DNA of 64,000 nt from Eledone cirrhosa (lineage: Eukaryota). The notes below the pieces were generated by a model. That model had not been told where the DNA came from. It saw nothing but the letters and a program-made list of their open reading frames with translations, and did not search any database. Location of the stretch: contig OZ024741.1 of assembly GCA_964016885.1 (NCBI GenBank), forward strand, positions 48,236,001 to 48,300,000. The letters are read 5' to 3'. The translations under genes and the position numbers were made by a program. Shown here piece after piece: positions 40,153 through 53,219 of the stretch. How positions within the stretch are numbered: position 1 is the first letter of the stretch; each line of letters starts with the position of its first letter.

Positions 40153-42151
40153 TCATCATCATCGTTTAACGTCCGTGTTCCACGCTTGCATGGGTTTGGA
40201 CGGGGGTTTTCCCACTGGAGGCAAGAGTGATTGTCTTGCTCGCATAAGACAGTCTGGCGGGTTTTCTACAGCTGGATGCCCTTCCTAACACCAACCACAT
40301 TTACAGTGTGGGGCTGGCAGGTTTTTACCGTGTTGCCTACACGGCCACATTACAGCGTGGACTGTGTTTTTTTGTCGTGACACCTACACGATCTCATTTG
40401 TTTCGGCCTGGATGTTGTGTCACCAACATAACTTTACATTGAAAGGGGCGGTGTGGATGGGGTGGGGGTGGTGGGACGGGGGTGTATTTTGTTAGAGATG
40501 CCTACTGACTGTAGTAGGTTTTACTTTGTATTTAGGTAAGGCGGGTCTTCTCTATTACTGAGTACCGCCAAAGGTCTCGGTCCAGTGACATTGTCTTGGA
40601 GAGGTGTAAGCGTGTGAGGTCGGAATTTATCAGCTCGTCCCAGGTTTTTCTGGGTCTGCCTACTCCGCAGCTACCGTCTATCTTTATTGCCCTGCACTTT
40701 GTTATACAGCTGTCGTCTTTCATGCGCATCACGTGACCATACCAACGTAGCCTTCTCTCGAGTAAACAACATCTGATCCCTCTTATTTCTAATTTTTTCC
40801 TTAGTTCGCTTATGCTTTGCCATTCACGTATGTTACTATTACACATCCAGCGGAGCATGCAAGCTTCTTTCCTCTCTAGTCTGCGTATATCCTCTGCACA
40901 CAATGCCCTGGTCTCACTGCCATGCAACATTGCTGTTCGTATGCAGGCATCATACAACCTGCCTTTCATTTTTAGGGAGAACCCTTTAGTGGCTAATAGT
41001 GGTATAAGCTCTCTGAACTTTTTCCATCCAGTTCTGACTCTAGCTACTGTACTTTCAGAGCACCCTCCCCCACTGCTGATTTTGTCACCCAGGTAACGAA
41101 AGCTATCCACTATTTCTATAGAACCCTCTGCGCAATTGAAAGAGCTAGTATTTTGTGGGCACTTGCTGCTACTTATTGCACCAGAGCACCGGCCACATGT
41201 AAAATCTATGTTCTTAGTTAGCTTACCTGTGATCCCACTACATCTTTTATGCACCCATACTTTGCATTTGGGACATAAAATGGAGTTTCTACCTACGCCT
41301 TTCGTACACACTGAACATGGCCATTTCCCGGAAGGGACCGGCGCCTTATTTTCTTTCCTACAAACTAGAACTTTAGTCTTAGCCAGGTTAATTTTAAGCC
41401 CTTTTGATTCTAGGCCATGCTTCCATGTTTGGAATTTCTTCTCTAGCTCGGCCATTGATTCAGCTATGAGCGTTAGATCATCTGCGTATAGGAGTTCCCA
41501 TGGGCAGCCGGTCTTGAACTCCACTGTTATAGCCTGAAGGGCAATAATAAATAGTAGGGGGCTAAGAACAGAAACCTGATGTACACCAACTTTTACACTA
41601 AACTCTTCGCTATATTCGTCGTTAATTCTAACCTTGCTGACTGTTTCTTTATACATGGCTTGTATAGCTCTCACAAGCCATTCGTCAACACCTAGTTTTC
41701 TAAGAGCCCACCAGATAATGGAACGGGGGACTCTGTCGAAGGCTTTCTCCAAGTCAACAAAAGCTAAGTATAGGGGTTTACTTTTAGCTAGGTACTTCTC
41801 CTGTAGTTGTCGTACAATGAAAAGAGCGTCTGTGGTACTTTTGCCTGACACAAAACCGAACTGCATTTCATCTAGATCAATTCTCTCTCTGATTAGTTGC
41901 GCTATAACTTTTTCCGTGACCTTCATGACCTGGTCGATTAATTTAATGCCTCTATAGTTACTCCTATCTAGGGCATCTCCTTTACCCTTGTAACAGTTAA
42001 TGATGATGCTGCTATGCCAGTCCTTCGGAACAACCCCATTCTGTATGACTTGGTTTACTATCCGGGTGACCATGGTGTGTCCCACCGTTCCAGCGGCTTT
42101 CAGCATCTCAGCAACTATTTCCGAAGGCCCAGCCGCCTTACCCATCTTCAT
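40153..42151 (-). mobile_element. RTE LINE, 5'-truncated, uninterrupted RT-PHD reading frame (40532-42151)
   Basis: QFGF, FVDLEKAFD, GVHQVSVLSP (G>V change), LYADD, C4HC3 finger, RLRWYGH; same subfamily as 3800-7423. Confidence 0.96.
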
Positions 42152-42186
42152 ATGTATGTATGTATATATATATGTATATATATATG

Positions 42187-42243
<57 letters not shown>

Positions 42244-42267
42244 GTATATATGTATATGTATGTATGT

Positions 42268-42873
42268 AAGGACACCACTTGGTGCTACTGCTAACATGTA
42301 TCCCAGTACAACCTGTCCCATGGTCGGGTCGTTGGCGACTAAACTGGCAACCCCACCAAGGTTTCTTGGTGAGGAGGGTGACTTTGGACATCCTGCAGGA
42401 CTAAAAACAAAACCTGTCAAAGGGCAAAGGAGCTCTTAAGAGTCAATGGCCATCCAAAATCACCAGGAGAGATGACTCCTTAGCCTTTGTCAAGGCAGAA
42501 TTCTAGGAGAAGGAAAACTCTGATATAACACCTGCAACCCTGATGGTATCCAATGATGTTGACTTGTTCTTCTTTTTGGTAAATATCATCTTAGTTAAGA
42601 GAGTGGAACTAGCTTTGTGCAGTGCCTTTGCTCACTATAAAAGCTTCACGGCACAGGCATTGCTTTATATCTGGAGATCTCTCTGCACTTGTCATCACAT
42701 GGTACCATGGGCCCAGCACTATGGGTCAATAATTGTCACAAGTGTAATGTTTGTACCAGAGTTTTCAAGTCGCTGGCTGGACTAAAAAGTCACATTCGTT
42801 CAGCGCATTGGTAGGGGTTCTCCTACATGGATATAAAGTAGTGGCCGTACTCGAAAACAAGTTGGCAGCGACC
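42268..42873 (+). mobile_element. Non-autonomous bipartite RTE derivative (longer copy with structured 5' region)
   Basis: 5' gtcgttggcgactaaactgg, aggagaaggaaaactctga; 3' zinc-finger coding remnant and RTE-like terminus. Confidence 0.75.
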
Positions 42874-43244
42874 ATGTATGTATATATGTATGTATATGTA
42901 TGTATGTATGTATGTATGTATATATATATATATGTATATGTATCTATGTATGTATCTATAAATGTTTTCAAATAATTAGTTCACTGAATTGTGACTTTAT
43001 CTCAAATGATTTCCATTTCAAAATGTAAAGAGATATTTGTCATTCATTCCTATGTTAAGTAATAAACCTATCAGATATACTCAAATATAGGCAGGCCCAC
43101 TATTTTATGCCTGAGAAATGGGCAAAAATTCAAACCGTGTCAGAATCCATTACTTATTCAATATATGGAATATTTACAATAGTTGCAAGAAAAATATTTT
43201 TTGTGTTCCTGTTTAAAATTTCTGTTAAGCTGTTAAAGTGCCCA

Positions 43245-43510
43245 GTCCACACTGTAAAGTGGTCATGTAGGTGTCACAACAAAAAGTGCCCTAACCACTC
43301 TTTAAAGTGGTTATGGTTATTTTGGTGCCATAATAAAAGGCACTCAGTCAACACTGTAAATGTGGTTGGCATTGGGAAGAGCATATAGCCATAGAAACCA
43401 AGTCAGAAACAGTTCTGTATGAGCAAGACATGGTCACCTGACTTGACTTGCATTGGGACAACTTGTCTAACTCATGCTAGCATGGTAAAATGGATGTTAA
43501 ATGATGATTA
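43245..43510 (+). mobile_element. Old RTE 3' UTR remnant
   Basis: Repeated cactgtaaagtgg units, catgctagcatgg...atgatgat. Confidence 0.7.
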
Positions 43511-43865
43511 TGTTTACTTTCAGCCCTTATTGTTTTTTGAATGTAAAATATTGTTTGAGTATTCTAAAATTTGTCAATTTATTTGTGTATTATACACACT
43601 TATTTATAATCATTCCGTAATTATAAGTAACAAAATCCTAGAAAAAATAACTCTTGTGTATAATACATGCTTACTTTTCTTCTGTATTTGAAGTATGAGA
43701 AAGTGAGTGATTAGTCAGATTATATAAGTTTGACTGACTACAAACTGACTGGCGTAAAATAATGGGGAATTATAGTTTTTTCTAGAAAATTAGTTCAATT
43801 ATAAAAGAAATTTTATGACAGTAAGTTTCTTCTCAATTTTACTTTTTACAGTATATTGAGGCATG

Positions 43866-44691
43866 TGTCACTGGAGTACAGTATATTCACATTGTCACTG
43901 GAGTACAGTATATTCACATTGTCACTGGAGTACAACTGGAGTACAGTATATTCACATTGTCACTGGAGTACAGTGGAGTACAGTATAGTCACATTGTCAC
44001 TGGAGTACAGTATAGTCATATTGTCACTGGAGTACAGTATAGTCACATTGTCAGTGGAGTACAGTATAGTCACATTGTCACTGGAGTACAGTATAGTCAC
44101 ATTGTCAGTGGAGTACAGTATAGTCACATTGTCAGTGGAGTACAGTATAGTCACATTGTCACTGGAGTACATTATAGTCACATTGTCACTGGAGTACAGT
44201 ATAGTCACATTGTCACTGGAGTACATTATAGTCACATTGTCACTGGAGTACAGTATAGTTACAGTGTCACTGGAGTACAGTATAGTCACATTGTCACTGG
44301 AGTACATTATAGTCACATTGTCACTGGAGTACAGTATAGTTACAGTGTCACTGGAGTACAGTATAGTCACATTGTCACTAGAGTACAGTGGAGTACAGTA
44401 TAGTCACATTGTCACTGGAGTACAGTATAGTCACATTGTCACTGGAGTACAGTGGAGTACAGTATAGTCACATTGCCACTAGAGTACAGTGAAGTACAGT
44501 ATAGTCACATTGTCACTGAAGTACAGGGGAGTACAGTATAGTCATTGTCACTGGAGTACAGTATAGTCACATTGTCACTAGAGTATAGTATAGTCACATT
44601 GTCACTGGAGTACAGTATAGTCACATTGTCACTGGAGTACAGTGGAGTACATTGTCACATAGTTACACATATAGTCACATTGTCACTGGAG
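43866..44691. repeat. 27-bp minisatellite, about 30 units
   Basis: Unit tgtcactggagtacagtatagtcacat; variants carry a duplicated ggagtacagt. Confidence 0.97.
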
Positions 44692-45304
44692 AATAAAGTA
44701 TTTATTTACAGTTATTTAAACTGAAATGTATGTGAAGTATTAATGTGGTGTGGTAAATATATACATATACACCAAGTCTGAGCACAAAGGAACTAAACTC
44801 CCACTGTCAGTGCCTCACCCCATCTCTCACTATTATGAGCAAATGAGGGCCACACGTGCTGGTCTCTTTTTAAAAACATTTTTTATTATGCATTTTTATT
44901 TTTCAAAAAATGTTTCCAGGATGTGGCAAACATTTTTTTCTTAAAGTAAAAAAATAAAACAACATTTTTAATATATATTTATATATTGCGACATCCAGTG
45001 TATTGTATGTAATGTTATATCAGGATATAAACTGTGTTGGCACCCAATGTCGATAGTGTCTATTTATAGTATGAATTTCTGTCTTGATTTTAAAAAAAAA
45101 TCTTCTTCATTGCTACGAATATCAGTTTTATTATCTGATTTCTTTGTATGAATTATGTGCAAAATTTTGCAAGAATTTAGTTGGAGAGTGATCAATACAA
45201 CCTCTCATACTTATTAAATATAATGAATGTTTAATGTAGTAAAAGATAATTTGAACCCTCTTTTGTGTTTATCATATTCCATGTTGCTATTCATGAATAT
45301 TATA

Positions 45305-45495
45305 GGGCGGTGGATTGGCAGTATCGGTTGAGCGTCGGACGCCATGCTTTGACATATAGTTATGGCCCTAGCCATTCTGAGTTCAAATCCCACCGACGTT
45401 AACTTTGCCTTTCATCCTTACGGGGTCGATAAAATAAAGTATCAGTAATGCACTGGGTAATTGCTGGCCTTGTGCCAAAAGTAGAAACAATTATT
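45305..45495 (+). mobile_element. tRNA-headed SINE, second superfamily (also ~46783-46960 -, ~54246-54400 -, ~61803-62020 +)
   Basis: ggcggtggattggcagtatcggttgagcgtcgg...gagttcaaatcc...gcctttcatcct..ggggtcgataaaataaagta...ggccttgtgccaaaa. Confidence 0.82.
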
Positions 45496-45904
45496 TATAT
45501 TTGAGCCCATTTTCTGTTCATGAATTTCATAGACCACTCAACTGAAACTTGGAACATTTGTCTGATATATATTTTGTATCCATACACAGTTGTAAGCTAT
45601 CTATTAACCATTTGCATATCATTCACATACCTAAATATATAAATCTTTCTCCAATTTCTTATATAGAGAGACAGTTTAGCACATTTTGTTTTCAATATTT
45701 CTTTTTAGTTTTCTACTCATTTTTCCAAGCAAAATTTTCTGAGCATTACCTTTTCCATACTCTTCAGCATATTCAATAATATCTAACTTAAAACAGCTTC
45801 ATAACTCATTTTTTACCTTTCGTTCATGCTTTACTTTTTCATTTTTCATCCCCCTTTTCTATTAGAAATCTAACAAATGTTTTCAACATGTCTTTCAACA
45901 AATC

Positions 45905-45946
<42 letters not shown>

Positions 45947-47343
45947 AAAGGTTTAGATGTATATGAGTGATATAACATGCATATCATCACAGATGATTTT
46001 GATTTGGAGCAAAATTGATTTCTCCATCAGCAACCATGTTTGTTTTTGCATGAGACATCATCATATTTGTTTACAGTGCTAATATTGAGATAGACTGGAA
46101 TGATATGACCAATCTACCTCACATATTCATTTGCCAGTCAGTATGTGTGTTATTTTGTATTGCAAATTTCAAGCTTATATGCGGGGTCAATATTTTGATG
46201 ATTTTCACCAACTTCAAATTCTATGTAAATAAGGTTTGAATTTTTGTCCATTTCTCTGACATAAAATAGTGTAGTTTAGCTTATATTCCTATTGGTTTAT
46301 ATTTGAGTATATATAGTATATTGATTATATTAATCCCATTATTTGACTGGTACTTATTTTATCTAATGTGGAAAGATGAACAGCAAAGTTGACCTCAGCA
46401 GGATTTAAATTCTGAATGTAAAGCACCACAACTAAATATTGCAAGATATTTTGTCTGATGTTTTGATTATCTCAATCTATCAAGACATGCATACATGATA
46501 TGATGGCTGCAACTCGATTTCAAATAATACTTCAGCATGAGCAGCATGGACATGGCTTTTTAGTCCCGCTAGGGACTCACAGTAGCAAAACGATGACTGG
46601 GCCCAGGCTGCAGTGCCCTGGGACACCTGCACTATCTGTTCCAGAGATGTTGCATATCAAGCAATACTTATTCTTAAAGCTTTTTTAAGTGAGGAAAGGC
46701 TTTGCATGGAGCTAATCCCATTCTCTGAACATCAAATGCATTTACCCAAAAAGCACGCATGCATACAGCAACTCAAACAAAATAATGGTTTCTGATTTAG
46801 GCACAAGGCCAGCAACTTAAAGGGGGAGGGGAAAGTTGATTAAATCAATCCCCAGTACGTTACTGGTACTTTAATTTATCTATCTTGTAAGGATGACAGG
46901 AAAAGTTAACTTTGGCAGGATTTGAACTCAGGACATAAAGGGTCGTAACTATATGCCACAAACAAAATAATGGCCATACTAAATGCATTTGGTTATTTAC
47001 TGAAAAAAACATGTAAATAACAAATAACATTACTGGTGTAATAGTAATAATAATAATGCATATTTTGACATGTAAACAAGATATTAATGTTATATTTCTT
47101 AAATTTCTAATGGTTCAAGTGAACTATTTCATTCCATGTCTTTGATTAATTTGTGTCCTAGTTATTCCCTTTTGTCAACGCATGACACATTCTCACCCAA
47201 TACATATCATTTGTTTCTGTGTTATATATATAAATATAATCAGGATAGAACCAGTTTTTTAAAGTAGGTAGACCATTATTCAACAGAGTACTTGATATTT
47301 GGGATAGTAGAGTATGGCTATATATATGTATTATATATATGTA

Positions 47344-47525
47344 TAATTGTTTCTACTTTTGGCACAAGGCCAGCAATTACCCAGTGCATTACTGGTACTT
47401 TAGTTTATCGACCCCGTAAGGATGAAAAGCAAACTTAACCTCGGCGGGATTTGAACTCAGAATGGAAAGGGCCGTAACTCTATGCTGCAAAGCATGGCGT
47501 CCGACCTTCTGCCAATCCACCACCC
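47344..47525 (-). mobile_element. tRNA-headed SINE, inverted relative to 45305-45495
   Basis: Reverse-complement homology to 45305-45495. Confidence 0.82.
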
Positions 47526-47709
47526 TTATATATATATAATGTAGTTACAAACCAAAAGTTTTAGACGGAAACTTTTAATTTTGGTTTCTTACTACATTAT
47601 AGTTATACATTGTCTCTGCTTGATTCTATCATAGCATTGAGCTAAAATACACCTAAAAAATGAGTAAAACCTATTCTCTATTCTCATAAATATTATATAT
47701 ATATATATA

Positions 47710-48601
47710 CAGGGTGCGGACAGTATTTGTTCGCAATTTCCAACTGCTAATTTTATGCAAATTTTTTTTACTTCCTTTGTCACTCTTGTCTTCATAAAAA
47801 CAGTGACTATATTTCCATTATTTATTTTCAGAATAATTGATTATGAATAATTTTGAACCTCCAAATTTGTGGAAGAGACACGGAGTTCTTCTTGGAATCC
47901 GCGCCGGGAGGACAAATAAGGAAATTTCAGACTTTCTCAGCGTCAGCAGGAGAATGGTGTCTCATCCAAAGACGTGCCCAGAGTCATGCAGACAAAGTTT
48001 CCAGCGACAACATTGGTCTTAGGTGTCGTCAGCAGTCAAGGTGACGTCATGCCACCTCACTTCTTCCCTGAGGGCCTCAAGCTGAACACCAATGGCTACA
48101 TCCGCGTTCTGAGCGAGGTAGTAAAGCCCTGGATCGACCAGGTAGCTGCATATTGGCCGTACGTGTAGCAGCAAGACTCAGCGCCCTGCCATACCGGTCA
48201 AAAGACCCAAGTCTGGCTGTCAGAGAACTTCGTCGACCACACTTCACCTGACATCTGGCCTCCCAGCTCACCTGACTGCAACCCCCTCGACTTCTTTGTG
48301 TGTGGCGCAGTGGAATGAGATACTAACAGATCTAGCTGCATTATGAAAGACGATCTGAAAGCCAGGATCACAAGTGCCTTTAGGGGCCTAAGTTGGGGGA
48401 CAGTGACGAAGGCCTGTAGCCGGTTCCGAGGCCGCCTTGAGACCGTCATCAAAGCCAATGGCAGGTTTATCGAGTGAGATCGAAAGAACAAGTCATGAAG
48501 ACAAACTGACCCAAGTTTGATAAATAAATCTTAAAAAATAAAACTACTGTGTTATTTTTTCCTAGACAGTAATCTTGCGAACAAATATCGTCCGCACTCT
48601 G
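47710..48601 (+). mobile_element. Tc1/mariner DD37D (maT-type) transposon, internally deleted, pseudogenised
   Basis: 27-bp TIR CAGGGTGCGGACAGTATTTGTTCGCAA / TTGCGAACAAATATCGTCCGCACTCTG, TA flanks; QQDSAPCH...WPPSSPDCNPLDF with 37 residues between the last two Asp; in-frame stops. Confidence 0.9.
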
Positions 48602-48616
48602 TATATATATATATAT

Positions 48617-48682
<66 letters not shown>

Positions 48683-50279
48683 ATGAGGTGTTAAATTTCC
48701 ATTCACCTACTAAGTCATGACATGCGTTTCGCAATTGATCAGCTCAAGGCTTGATCTGTATCGATCAGGCCTAACTCTGGAATCAAAAGCTCATTGGACT
48801 TCTGTTATGGTAATGACAGAATGATTCCTAAACTCTCTCTCTCTCTCATCACGTACAGTTCTCTTTCATATATACATTGACCCATAAATATCCGTGTTTT
48901 TCCCTTTTGCAGAGACTACTTTACCAGTTTACATGTATAGCTAATAACTTGGCTCTAGATTCTTTTAGTTTTATTGTCCATTCCCTACAGTTGTTCAGAG
49001 TATCACTGCTGTGTCATACATATTGTACTGAAAGAAGATAGGAATGTTGTTATTGCTATTGTTACTTTAGCCCTAGGTCAATTCTGATTTCGCAGACTAT
49101 ATTCCAGCTGTGACAGTTCCATATCTTTTTCTTTTGGGGGTTATTATCTAATATGTCCTCTTTTTTAAGATGGTGGGTATAACCAACAAAAGTGTTATTC
49201 ATATAATCCTTCATATTTCTTTCAACCACACTACATCTTGGTTAAACTTCTTTTCCTCACCCCATATTTTTGTCAAGAAACAATCTATCTTTCTGGGATA
49301 GAGCCTCAGTGATATTTATTGATTTGTCCATCATATCTCAATAAACTGATGTTTGGTTTTGACTGAATTTCTTATATAACCACTTTTCCTTTTGCCATTA
49401 TGATACCAGAGTTTCTCACTTAACTTGTATTTGAAATGTGATAAATTTGTATTCAAAGATTCTTTTTTTACTGTCTCCAAATATCATTTCTATTTTATTT
49501 TTCACTCTTTGTTGGTGAATAGTGTTGTTTTGTCTTTGATTATATGTGATAAGCATCATCTCATGGCCAATAGATTTTCATGGATCAATAATTTTTTTTC
49601 CATTTTCAAAATACATATTGGTACTTTTTGTGGGTTTTTTTTCTGTTTACATCTCTAGTATCACGAAGATAACACTTTAGTCATTGCTAGGGCATACATA
49701 TAAACGTCAATTTGCCAAAATATAGGGGCATTATCCTGCTTCAAATATTCACCTCCAATTTCATTAATAGCACATAAATTCATTTATTCAGTCTTTTGTT
49801 TAATATCATCAGATGCTGTTTTTCTTTAAATTGAAGTTTTAAACATAAATTAATCTCCTTTTGAAACCTTTCATTAAGGATACATTTTGATTGTTTATAA
49901 TCTTCACTTTCCCAGCTAATGGTACACTTATCATTGACGACATTTTGATGTTAATGGTTAAATATAATAATAAGATAACATCACAGTTGGGGTAAAATCT
50001 GTTGTGGCATATTGTGAGGAAGATTGAACACGACTGGTGTGCGTGTCTGATAGTGCCCATGTTCACTCACCCTCCCCTATCAAGTGACAATGAACTATTC
50101 TACATTTGTGTGTCTCACGTGGGATGACTCACATGCCCGCATGGCTTGCACGTTCTGTCTTTTCTATAACTACTCTGTTTTGTACAAAATAAACAACTTG
50201 CAGTTGAACTCTATTGTACAGTTAGGCGTCTTGAACAGAGAGCCTAGGATTTAACAGTCCAATTGTCGACACTCTTTAA

Positions 50280-50566
50280 CCCTTTAGTATTTATATTACT
50301 CTATATTTACTATTGTATTTTCACGGTAAAGGCTTTACCTCACATAATTATCTCACATAATATGGAATCTATGAGATTTTGATATTTATTTTGAATAAAG
50401 CACCAGTAATGCACTGGGATAATTGCTGGCCTTGTGCCAAAAGTAGAAACAATTATTTATTTTTAGAATAATACCTTTGTTGGTATGAGTGGACGATTAT
50501 GGCCAGTTTAAACAGAAAGAGGTGAGAGAATTCTGGCTGGATACGGCTGGTTTAAATGCTAAAGAG
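50280..50566. mobile_element. TTAA-flanked piggyBac-like MITE (relative at 57377-57584)
   Basis: ttaa|ccctttag ... ctaaagag|ttaa; contains a SINE tail at ~50395-50460. Confidence 0.65.
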
Positions 50567-50904
50567 TTAAAACACACATTGTGTCAAATTTGTTGCAGGC
50601 AGTTCTGTTTTAACAATGATCATGTATTGTGTTTTGTATGTTAATGGTCAGCCGAATTGCAAAGTAACATAGTAACAGTACAGTGTGTTGTGACTTGTCT
50701 TGATTGCATGTCTGATCTAAGGGGATGTTCATGTAGAGTTGTTATTTGTGGAGGTTTCATACTTTTGGATATGAAATTACACTCATCATTATTTTAAATA
50801 ATGTTATGTTTATGTTTGACAAACATTGCTTGTTGGCATAATTATTTTTCTGTGAAATAATTTAGCTCTGGGAGAAGTTTGTCCCAGTGTAATTTCTTTC
50901 TATT

Positions 50905-50993
50905 GATATAACCAACAAAGGGGTTATAGATATAACCAACAAAGGGGTTCTTGATATAACCAACAAAGGGTTATTGATATAACCAACAGAGGG
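50905..50993. repeat. 24-bp tandem repeat x4
   Basis: gatataaccaacaaaggggttata. Confidence 0.9.
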
Positions 50994-51022
50994 ATCATTT
51001 CTTGCCATTTCAGAACAATTAA

Positions 51023-51550
51023 CCCTTTCATGACCACATTTCTAATGAAATACACTTTATTTTAATTAATTAATGAAAAGTTTTGTGGGATTTACTAAAA
51101 TTATTTCATTACTAAGGTAGTAACTTAATGTAAGGTTCTGATGCAAAATCATGTAGGAAGATTTTAATTTAAATTGGAAACATTTAAGATGGGTGGATTT
51201 ATTTCATAGAACCAGAGCTGGTTTTGTCCCGGCTGGTAACTAAAGGGTTAAAAGGATGTGATCATATTATGAGTATTACAAGATATCTGATGTTTTCAAC
51301 CTTTGGTCAGTGAATAGTAACCTTTTCATTACCATATTTCTTGTGAAATACACATTTTAATTAATTAATGAAGAATTTTGCAGGATTTACCAAAATTAAT
51401 TATTTCATTACTAAGATAGTAAGTTGTGAGGTGTAAGGTTCTTATATAAAATTATGTTGGAAGATTTTAATTTAAATTGGAAACTTTTCAAATGGGTGGA
51501 TTTATTTCATAGAACCAGAGCTGGTTTTGGCCGGGTTAGTAACTAAAGGG
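51023..51550. mobile_element. Two tandem TTAA-flanked MITE copies (51023-51247, 51321-51550)
   Basis: ttaa|ccctttc ... taactaaaggg|ttaa; the copies are homologous along their length. Confidence 0.65.
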
Positions 51551-53092
51551 TTAAATAAATCATTACTGTGTTCATAACTTCAAGAAAAATGTGATTTATA
51601 GTTTCAGTTTCTTCTGTAATTACAAATTAAAAGGTTCTATTTATCTTGCTCGTTGACCTGCCTAGCCTCAGTGTATGACAATCCATCTAACCCATGTAAG
51701 CATGGAAAATAGATGTAAAACAATGTTTATTCCATTCATAAAAATAGTGAAAGGGGTTAAAAGAAAATCCCCTTTGTACAAATGCCATAAGTATTTGCAT
51801 TGTCTTAGCAAACTGGGACCCCTTATCATTAAATCGCTCCGAAACCATGTATGGATTGACAACTTCATAGGAAGCCAGCTAAACATGCACAGGTGAAAGC
51901 TGTAAATTTCGTTTTTCCTTTTTTTTCATTTCATTGTTTCAGCAGACAATTACTGTGCATATGTGCATATATGTGTTTAAGCATTCTTTACTTTTCTCTC
52001 AATCTTTGCTGGCCATTCCTACTCAGTATGTATACTCCTTCTTCATCCCTTAAATTAATTCTCTCTCTCTCTCATGATGTAATGATACGATATATAACAT
52101 CTTACATTTGAACCAGCCAACCAAGTCATCCAGTATTATATATTTGAGGTACCAGTCTAATGTGAAACAAAGTTCAATCATCTTCTTACCTTATCAACTG
52201 TTATTTACTAAGAACCCTTTTAAAATTTGCAATGTATTATGTCTGGACGGACCTATAACTCTTGATGGGGGTCATAGGGAGACTGTTGACTCACTATGCT
52301 TCTTGGGCATGTTAAAAACCTGTTGGACCCCATCCCTATCTATGTCTGAACACAGCCAATTTTTTCGATTGAAGGAGGAGAGAGATAGAGAAGAATCAAC
52401 CTCAATACAGAACTGGTACTTTTATCCATCTTAAAAGTATGGAAGGCAAAGTTAGCCAAATTTTCAATCTATTCTCTGAAATTGCTTAACTTTAAAAGAA
52501 TTAATAATAAAACATTGGAAAATCTAGGAAACTGTATAAAATAATAAAACAATGAGAATCCAGGAAACTATCAAATAGTGGATATTTTTAGTATGAATGT
52601 TACTTTGGTTTTAGTAGCTTCTGAGGAATAACCAGTATATAATCCTCCATGCATAATATTACCAAAATAACGTATTTGTAAAATAATAATAATATTCTAA
52701 TTTTAGTTAGCTGTTGTGCATAAAGAATTGATTTCTTGTTTTAAATTTCATGCAGCAAATTCTGTGAAATTCTATCTTATTTTCTATAATAGCTTACACT
52801 GAATAGCCTAAAATTTTGAACTTGCAATGTATTGCATTACATTTGATAGTAGTTAGATCTTGGAATGTACTAAGAGACACTCATTAATGAAGATCAGTTA
52901 TCACTTACTAGGTCTGACTTTAAACTGTGCATTGATAGTTAGACTCAAGGATTATTCTAAGTTGTTTAGACAATTACTCAGTTTAACTACTAGTCAGAGT
53001 TTAAGCTGCCAGAACCAGATTCCTATATGTCAATTATGTTGACCAAAGTGACAATTCTTTAAACTTTAAACTCTATTACTGACAGGATGATC

Positions 53093-53144
<52 letters not shown>

Positions 53145-53145
53145 G

Positions 53146-53176
<31 letters not shown>

Positions 53177-53188
53177 GAACACAGACCG

Positions 53189-53219
<31 letters not shown>

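Noticed and set aside
43856-44467. Repetitive ORFs or a CRISPR-like array
   Set aside because: Head-to-tail 27-bp units without unique spacers; ORFs reflect the 9-codon period
48714-48745. GAAAC-gcat-GTC partial hammerhead on the minus strand
   Set aside because: CUGANGA box and stem II are disrupted; insufficient support
49980-50160. Possible enhancer (CACGTG next to TGACTCA) or host exon
   Set aside because: Short motifs alone are not evidence; no supported ORF or splice pair
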